Assembly (NCBI GenBank): GCA_964019425.1
Contig: OZ025796.1
Span: 744,001 to 808,000 of the forward strand
Length of the DNA stretch: 64,000 nt
Source of the DNA: Flectonema sp. DT1601
Taxonomy: Eukaryota
Direction: 5' to 3'
Of the stretch, positions 56,597 to 64,000 are shown in pieces; positions within the stretch are counted from its first letter, which is position 1, and every line of letters begins with the position of its first letter. The notes beneath the pieces were generated by a model. It searched no databases. It had not been told where the DNA came from and saw only the letters and a program-made list of their open reading frames with translations. Position numbers and translations under genes: made by a program.

Positions 56597-57850
56597 CACT
56601 TGCCTGAATAGAAGTGATATTCAAAAAAATCACATCCGTGTCCGGTTCGTCGAATTAGAACTCACCAGTTTTATAGAATCCGGTTGGATGAGAGAAATTC
56701 TGCGCCAGCGCTGCACATGGATTTTAATCTCAACAGACCAAGAAATCAAAATTTCACGCCGATTTTTTTGATTAGACGCCTGCAGTTGGGATAAATAATT
56801 GTTGTCGCTTAAAAAGGGGGGTAATGGGCCTCCTCTTCGAGAACAAAAAAAAAAAAAAAAAAAAATTCTAAACAAAATGACCAGTAGTGTCTCAGTTACT
56901 AATTTAATGTTACTGCGGACTACATGTCCGCGGTAAATACAGCAGGTCACACCCCCCTGCTTCCGGCAACGAGTAAAAGAAAGTTCGAGATAGCAGAAGT
57001 TATATAAAATCAATGCAGTTGAATCGAAAGAACCCTCGTTTACTATTTACTAACTTAACTAAATGATGACTCATTCTGTGATACCATTATCCAGTGGAAA
57101 GATAACGATATTCACCTCATGCTGACTGATAACAAAAGCATACCTTTATAATACTGTGACTCGCATAGTGGACATCACAAAAAAATAGAGTCCTCAAACA
57201 AATCATTCCTTTGAACCCCTAATGAGATTACTCAAGCGAGGACTAAAAGCACGTTGCTAATAGGATAACAAAGATGGATTCACCAAAGGCAAAAGCAACT
57301 ACAAAAAAAAAAAAAAAACAATTGTCGAGGGAGAACCCTGCTCGGCCTTTTTTAACATTATAATATTATAAAAAAAACCATCCAGATTAGCCTTATATTT
57401 CGTTGAACGCAGACAAAATCCTGTCTTACGGGGAAAATAAATCATGACCATAAGAAATAACGGCTTTCAATCTGAATAGTCTTCTCCGACTACGTCGGTA
57501 CAAAAAGGAAAAGAAGAAGAAAAAAGAAAAAAAAAAACGTCTATTGCACCTTTCCTTTATCACCTTTTTCTGTTTCACTTTTTTTTTTTATATATATTTT
57601 TTTCTACCATTCTGGTGTAACAAGTTATAGAAGTGCAAAGAAAGAAAAAAAAAAAAAAAAAAAAAAATTAACTAGCAAACTGATAACTGCTTATTGCTTA
57701 TGATTTTTTTTTATAATACGACCATGTGCCACATGCCCACATACCACGAAAGAAAATTGAAACCCCCCGAAACAGTACCGAGGATCGTTCACCCCCAGTT
57801 GTCGAAAACATTATAATTGTACTGTGGGCTTACCGAAAAGCTTTATAAAA
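56597..57850 (+). mobile_element. Putative internally deleted, degenerate LINE (ORF1-like repeat, RT motifs, C-terminal Cys/W motif)
   Basis: QIIPLNP/LMRLLKRGLKAR (57199-57253), DGFTKGKS (57273), EGEPCSAFFNII (57327), LNADKIL (57403), CPH..PETV..C and VLWAYRK (57730-57839). Confidence 0.5.
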
Positions 57851-58889
57851 GTACCACAAAAATTGGGCAGCACATAGCCACATCACTCAGCAAGAAATGA
57901 AAACAAAAGGATCAGGTAAGATCACAGTCAGTTTATGGTCATAACTGCGTCGGACCAAAGAAAAAGAATGAGATAGCAGTATAAAGCTTAGGAAACTTCT
58001 AATGTTTTTCCCCCTCCCTCCCTTCTTTTTTTTTTTTTTTTTTGATTTTTGTTCCTATTCATGGGGTTCAAGGGAGTTTATCTTCTTTATCGAATTTGCA
58101 GCACAGCAAGGGGCTAAGAAGAAATCACCCGCCTCGATTGTTGTCGCAGAAATCCACTGCTTTTCACCAAGGTCAAAGGGAATACAAAATACGTAAAGTA
58201 AACAAAACAAAATTGACAAAAAAAAAAAAGATTTTTGTTATGACGACACACAAAGCCGCAAAAGTATGATAAGGAAAAAAAAGAAAGAAAAAAAAAAGAT
58301 TTTTTTTTTTTTTTTTTTTTTTGTTGTCTGTCCTTAAAGAGAACAATCACACCACGACAGAAGCAAAACATACAACAATCACCAACTCAACGTTTATAGC
58401 ATTAAAACAAAGGTCTGAAATGAAGTTCTACACACAGTGTCGATAATTTACTCCAACTCAATCAATTTACCGATTTGCTCTTGTAGTAGGGGAAAGTTCT
58501 TGATTATAATAAATTATTATAATGTAATCAGAATTGGGAAGAAAAAAAATAACGCACACGAAAGCTGACATTCGCGGGGCACACACATAACGGTGCGATG
58601 CGTGAGCTCGGTGCGTTTGACCGACGGACTTCGAAAATAATAACTAACAAGAATTCAAATTTTAAAGTAGTCAGAAATGTAAAGCGTAGCTGTTTAAAGA
58701 AAGGCTTCAAGAAGAAATGAAAAAAAAAAAAGAACACAAACACGAGAATTCCACTGTTTTTAATGAAAAAAAAAAAAAAAAAAAAAAATTAAGAAGTCAA
58801 GTTGTTAAGTTGTGTTAGAGACGACCACATTTTAAAAAGCGGACCCCTCTCTAGTCGAGACGTGACGAGAATAGTTTCTGCAGCGCACA

Positions 58890-59255
58890 TCACCGACAGA
58901 CATCGCAAACCCTGCAAGGAGATCTCCCGTGACCCTTTACCTGTGCGCGAGCTGAAGAACAGCTGGAGCAATATAGAAGTCCACACCTCCTGCAGTGATG
59001 TCTTCTTTTAAAGAATGTAAACTGTTTGTTGCACTTTCGACAATTTACCGTTGACTCATCTCTTTCCCACGGCACGATTCCACTTCCAGTCCTCATGTCA
59101 CTAGTCTCTAAGGGACTTCCTTTAAAAGTGCTGTGCGTTCTCCTATGAACTCTTTCTTGAACTGTTCCTGTTCTAAGCTGCTTTATTCTAGCAGGGCTTA
59201 GACTGCGAGCTCTTGAAGCTTGCGGGTGTGCATGTCTACCTCTTGGTTGATGCAT
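58890..59255 (-). CDS. Small FYVE zinc-finger protein
   Basis: WERD..CRKC...FTFFKRRHHCRRCG..YCSSCS...RVCDVC: WxxD, RRHHCR and RVC signatures all present. Confidence 0.92.
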   Translation of the reverse strand: MHQPRGRHAHPQASRARSLSPARIKQLRTGTVQERVHRRTHSTFKGSPLETSDMRTGSGIVPWERDESTVNCRKCNKQFTFFKRRHHCRRCGLLYCSSCSSARAQVKGHGRSPCRVCDVCR

Positions 59256-59808
59256 TTTATTGATACTGTAAGGGTTAATTAAATAATTAAATACTTAAAA
59301 CATGTTATCGACAACTGAAACCTTACTTGTTGACTTCTCCTGTTGGGAGAAAATAATGAAATAAAAATAAAAAAAATATGACTTACCAATACTATTTTAC
59401 TTGTGGGTAATTTAAGAGGGGAAAAAAATAATAATAACTCGGGATTGGGAATTCCTTAATATGAACTGAAATGGTATTCCGATGAGTTAGAAAGGTTCCA
59501 TTTGCTTCATATTTCAACATAGTTAGTTAACAAGCGCAGAACTAATTACTGCTGAGACTGATCCTTTCATAGAGATCGTGTTTTATTGCTTTGGCTGGAA
59601 GGATCTGTTCCCGGCTGTCTACCTAGTCCAGAAACTAACAGGTTGAAAAAAAAAAAAAAAAAACAAAAGAAAGACACTTTTTTTAACAAAATACAAAACT
59701 TTTTAATCGCATTTTCACACACTCGAAAAACCAACGAAAAGAAATGCCGTGAAGACCTCTCATCCATCATCATCATCATCATCATCATAGTCTGATTGAT
59801 GATAGTGT

Positions 59809-59840
<32 letters not shown>

Positions 59841-60178
59841 ACAAGTTCTTAATAAGCGTTCTCAACAACAGCAAAGAAAAAAAATACTGTAAAAAAAAAA
59901 AAGAAGTCAGCGGCAACATTATAGCCGCTGTGAGAGAAACTTTCCAATTTCATTTTTTTTTGTACGAACTGCGAAATTTAATGTGCGTTTCTTGTGTCTG
60001 TACAGCAATCAGATCCTGCCAGAGGTTAGGGTAGGCAGGCTACTTAGGATTACTGTTGCGTGCTAATATTTGATACCAAACTATTAGTCAGGTGATTGGT
60101 AAAGTACTGTCCATGGGTACGAAAAAAAAGAAGAAAAAGGATCAACAAAGACTCTGCAGAACATGTTAATTCAATAGA

Positions 60179-63097
60179 TTAATTGCTTTGGTTTACTTCG
60201 CTAGTCGGTGATGATGATTCGATCGGTGTGGAGGAATCGCTTTCTCCTGCAGGGTTGGTTTTCTTTTCTTGAGGTGGTCCTGTTTGTTCCTCACTTTTAA
60301 TTTCTTCTGGCACTTCCGTCGGCCTAGAGTGAAATAGTGATAACTGATAAACAAAATCAGTCCTGTCTATCTTCGCGGCTGCTGTGGTTCCATATTTCCT
60401 GGCCACCACAATGAAGGAGTTCGCTTCGTCTTTGGGGGCTGAGCAGTGTTTGCAACTCTTCTGATCTCTGTAATTTCTACTCTTGCAGTAATGACACGCC
60501 CAGTCAACACTGCAGTCGTTAGTTGACGGTGAGAAGAATTGAGAAACTGGGTAGTCTACAGGACTCATTTGCAACCTCTTACTAGGAGGTTCGATACAGA
60601 CTTTTAGGAGAGCAGAACCAAATCTGTGAGGACCTTGTGACTCTAATCTCTTAATAGCATCTTTGTTTTTAGCTTCAGTTGGGAATGTAGCACAACCGAA
60701 TTGCTTACGTAGAGTAATGTATCCAGGGGATATACCTGCAGACTTAAAGAATGAGACTAGTCCACGGATGTTGATCGCCTGAGTACTTTGAACTTTGACG
60801 CTAATCTCACATTCACTTTCTCTTAACTCAACTAGTACTTTAGTTCCACGAATTGTCATGTAATCTTTCCCATCGGCAATGAATTGTTTAAGACGAGGAG
60901 CGTCTAGCACTCCAATGTTAACAGAAGCACCTTCATTTGATGTTGTTATTCGAGGGGCAGGGATACCAAAGTTACGTGGCAGGTCACGAGAAACATGTGG
61001 AAGTCTGCCACCATCTTTCGTCTTAAGATATAGTTTAAACGACCTGTTTGATTGCTGTAAAGATTCATACTCAAAACCTTCTTCTCTCCAAGGGATATAA
61101 CAAGGTCTTCTTACAGCAATTATTTCCCCATTACCACTTTCGTTGGTTCCGTTTGTGAGTTTGTGTGCTATTGTTGTGCTGCTTCCAAAGTTCTTAAGTT
61201 TAGTAACGTCAGGAATATCATTTTTAGATTTTGGGTTGTGTTGTTCCAATGCATCATCACAGGTCGCATTATCAATTGGAAATACCAATTCATCAGCAGC
61301 ACCTGACATTAGAGACGTTCCATATTTATCAGCTGAGTCTACTTGCCAAGTTCCGGGGAATGGTTCAGTTCCGAGAGCGATAATCTTTTGAAGGATGTCC
61401 GGTCTGTGAAGAACAAACGACGCAGGAGGAAGAATTCTAACGAGCTGCTGCTCAGGTAGAAGCGGCTTACTAGAATCCTCAAAAATGTAAGATTTTTGAA
61501 ACTTACATAATCTTTCAACGTGTTCACGCAGCGAAGCAACTGTCGGAGAATAATGAAATGGATAAGACCATTTCCATGATGGTACTGAATCTGTAAGGTA
61601 GTACCCTGCTCCCCATGAGATATACTTTAAGTACTCTTCACACATTCCGTCTCTTGTTTTCTTATCAGCAGCTATAGAACGATAATAAACATCACTCCAG
61701 TTCCCATGTCTGATTGACTTCAATGATGATTGTTCAACAATTGCTAAGTTTCTTAACAAAGCTGACAACACTGACAAGTCAAGAGAGCAGTTAGCCTTTA
61801 CTAAATAGAAATCTGATTCTTTTGAGTTGATACACTGTGATATAGTCTTACAGTAAACATCAACAATAGAAGACATCGAGTGATCTCCTGCACTAAATGG
61901 CGGAAGACGTGGAGCAAAATCAGATCCAACTAAGAGTGACAAAGTAACAAAGTCGTTAATAACCCGTTCGATGTCAACAGTTTTTGAGATTTGTACCTGA
62001 CGTGCCTGAGCTCTCTTTGTAAGAAGTGTGTACACAGCGTACGTTATCAATCCAGCTATGACAGCATACGTTACAGTACGAGTACTACTTGTGTAAGGAC
62101 TTCTTAGGTGTGATAAACCAGATGCTGCAACTATCGCAAGGGCTGCTATTTTAGCAGATTTCTGAATCAGAACCTTGTCGTGGTGGGCTCTGCATTTTCC
62201 TATAACACCAAGTAGATGCTCTGCTAAGTAATCCCTAAGATGTTTAATGTAAACAAAATCGTATTCGTTTAGCCCTGTCTGCCTTGCTACTATGACACCC
62301 GGCTCATGGACAGCCAACCCGAGTAGAAGTAAGTCGGCATCCCCGCTGACGAATACGTGAGTTTGGTTTGGTTTATAAAGGGTTTTTGATGATTCACCTT
62401 GTTGGTGAAATTGTCTTCCTTTTTTTATAAAATCTACAAATTTATGTTCTCCCTCACCAGGACAGCGAACACCATCGATGATAACTACAAATTTACTAGT
62501 TTCCGACATCGTTCCGGCCATCTGTTGCAATGCTGCAGTCGCCTTGTCCATGAAAGCAGTTCCACAACTAACGGCATTGGAGTCCCAATGTTGTTGAGGC
62601 TGGACATCTGCGTATCCATATGACAGTTCTGAGATTGGAGTTTTAATGTTTTCATGTGAAATACAAGTTGTAATCACTGCGCTATCACTATCTAAAGAAG
62701 AGATATTCCCCCAGGTATTATTATTACATCTAACAAGTTGACCAACGCGTGGAGGTACACATTTTGTTGGGGTGCTTTCAATAAATGATGCTGTGCGTTC
62801 GCCAGTGCTTGAGTACCTTCTAGTTCGTTGTTGGTTTGCTTTTGCCATTGGTGCTACACCGTCAATTGATAGGTAGACGAGTATTTGAGGATCCATGTCT
62901 TTTATCATAGTTTCAACCATGTCAAGTAACCTTTTAATACTTTCTTCTTCATTATTGCTGTAGTTTCCATCTTGTCTACAGCATTCATGAATTAATCCGT
63001 TGACATCAATATAAACATTGTCAGGTCTTTTTGGAAAATTTCCAATTATCCTTGGATAACAGCTCAGCAACCATGGGAAGTATCCCGGAATACCCAT
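60179..63097 (-). CDS. XRN-family 5'-3' exoribonuclease with hydrophobic insert and C-terminal RanBP2-type zinc finger
   Basis: MGIPGYFPWL, DNVYIDVNGLIH, IDGVAPMAKANQQRTRRY, WDSNAVSCGTAFM, PGEGEHK, DADLLLLGL, GSDFAPRLP, SWKWSYPFHYSP; DWACHYCKSRNYRDQKSCKHC. Confidence 0.92.
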   Translation of the reverse strand: MGIPGYFPWLLSCYPRIIGNFPKRPDNVYIDVNGLIHECCRQDGNYSNNEEESIKRLLDMVETMIKDMDPQILVYLSIDGVAPMAKANQQRTRRYSSTGERTASFIESTPTKCVPPRVGQLVRCNNNTWGNISSLDSDSAVITTCISHENIKTPISELSYGYADVQPQQHWDSNAVSCGTAFMDKATAALQQMAGTMSETSKFVVIIDGVRCPGEGEHKFVDFIKKGRQFHQQGESSKTLYKPNQTHVFVSGDADLLLLGLAVHEPGVIVARQTGLNEYDFVYIKHLRDYLAEHLLGVIGKCRAHHDKVLIQKSAKIAALAIVAASGLSHLRSPYTSSTRTVTYAVIAGLITYAVYTLLTKRAQARQVQISKTVDIERVINDFVTLSLLVGSDFAPRLPPFSAGDHSMSSIVDVYCKTISQCINSKESDFYLVKANCSLDLSVLSALLRNLAIVEQSSLKSIRHGNWSDVYYRSIAADKKTRDGMCEEYLKYISWGAGYYLTDSVPSWKWSYPFHYSPTVASLREHVERLCKFQKSYIFEDSSKPLLPEQQLVRILPPASFVLHRPDILQKIIALGTEPFPGTWQVDSADKYGTSLMSGAADELVFPIDNATCDDALEQHNPKSKNDIPDVTKLKNFGSSTTIAHKLTNGTNESGNGEIIAVRRPCYIPWREEGFEYESLQQSNRSFKLYLKTKDGGRLPHVSRDLPRNFGIPAPRITTSNEGASVNIGVLDAPRLKQFIADGKDYMTIRGTKVLVELRESECEISVKVQSTQAINIRGLVSFFKSAGISPGYITLRKQFGCATFPTEAKNKDAIKRLESQGPHRFGSALLKVCIEPPSKRLQMSPVDYPVSQFFSPSTNDCSVDWACHYCKSRNYRDQKSCKHCSAPKDEANSFIVVARKYGTTAAAKIDRTDFVYQLSLFHSRPTEVPEEIKSEEQTGPPQEKKTNPAGESDSSTPIESSSPTSEVNQSN

Positions 63098-63394
63098 GTT
63101 TTTTTTTTTTTTTTTGTTGTTGTCAAACCGCTGCTTTTCTATCCCAAAAAAAAAAATGAATGAATTACTAAAAATTTTGCTAAACACTAATAAAAATATT
63201 ATAATATTACTTTTTTATGTTGAGCGCTCTTTTTTACAACCGTCAGGGGTGACGAACAGAAAGGCGTCAGGTCACAAATCATGATTAGGGTAAATAAAAA
63301 AATGTTGTTTGCATAACACATCTAGAAAGATTATTATTGCAAACAAAAGTACTTAATGGATTCAAACGTAAGAAACGTTTGAATTATGTTGTTT

Positions 63395-63942
63395 TCAGAA
63401 TCCGTATATTTTATTTATTTCATCATCACTGAATGTTGATTTCTTTGGTTTAGATAACCTTTCAGTGGATGACTTCATAGTTTCAGTCGATAGTTTGGCA
63501 GCATCCTGTCGTCTGAAGCTATATCTGGTTGTTTTTTTTTTGTTGTGTTGTCGGTGTGACAATAAACAAAAAAAAGTCCATACTTGTCTTCAAGCTTTCT
63601 ATGCACGTCTTCTTTATGCCGAATCGAATCGGTGTAAACCCGTTGTAAGGAACCCTCAATTTCTTCATTAGCCATGCGGTGAGGATCAGCAATTTTGTAG
63701 TATTTATTTTTAAGCTCTTTGGCTTTCATTTCTCTCCTCTTCATTTCAGCATCATGTTGTCGGACTATACTTTCTTGGAGTTGGGTCGTTGATATTAATT
63801 TTGGATCGTCTTCTCTATAAACTTTTTTAATAAGTAATTCATGTTTTTGAGTTTTTAATTTTATTTCATCTTCATAAAGACGTTTTACGGCTGCAGCTTT
63901 TTCATCTTCATTGAGCTTTCGACCTTTCAGTTGCACATCCAT
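63395..63942 (-). CDS. Small helical-repeat (RLY-type) protein, possibly flagellar; two exons (63942-63584, 63524-63395)
   Basis: Repeats AVKRLYEDE / SIVRQHDAE / SLQRVYTDS; intron 63525-63583 yields a fourth repeat STERLSKPKKSTFSDDEINKIYGF*. Confidence 0.75.
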
Positions 63943-64000
63943 AATTTTGTGAAAAGAAAAAAAAACCGACAGCTGAAAAAAAACAAACAAAATAATCTCA

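Noticed and set aside
60010..60040. GATCCTGCCAG (18S-like) and GGTTAGGG (telomere-like)
   Set aside because: Single short matches, not extended or tandem.
1..64000. tRNA, spliced-leader RNA or intact transposase/RT genes
   Set aside because: None recognised by eye; a covariance-model scan would be needed to exclude them.

Overview
Eukaryotic nuclear DNA, most likely a euglenozoan with cis-introns (diplonemid-like). This is inferred from three observations: all ~28 credible protein genes lie on the minus strand, many have pyrimidine tract + AG just upstream of the start, and short GT-AG introns are present; an 18S fragment also has Euglenozoa-type residues. Recognisable genes: EF-hand/dynein-LC4-like protein, DysF-RING-DysF protein, stefin, a giant FG-nucleoporin-like gene plus a rearranged near-identical partial duplicate, DUF218/YdcF, a degenerate ADP-ribosyltransferase-like protein, ADPRM, three beta-NAC/BTF3 genes, Sec15, Vps50, a Rab without a prenylation motif, a FYVE-only protein, an XRN exoribonuclease with a hydrophobic insert, and a 46-aa two-exon wound-induced-basic-protein homologue missed by the ORF track. 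Non-coding highlights: a 63-copy 21-bp minisatellite built on a gene's stop codon next to an orphan 63-nt 18S rRNA 5' fragment, and homopolymer-rich spacers that appear to hold ordered, eroded non-LTR reverse-transcriptase motifs antisense to the gene cluster. All calls were made by eye, with no database searches.
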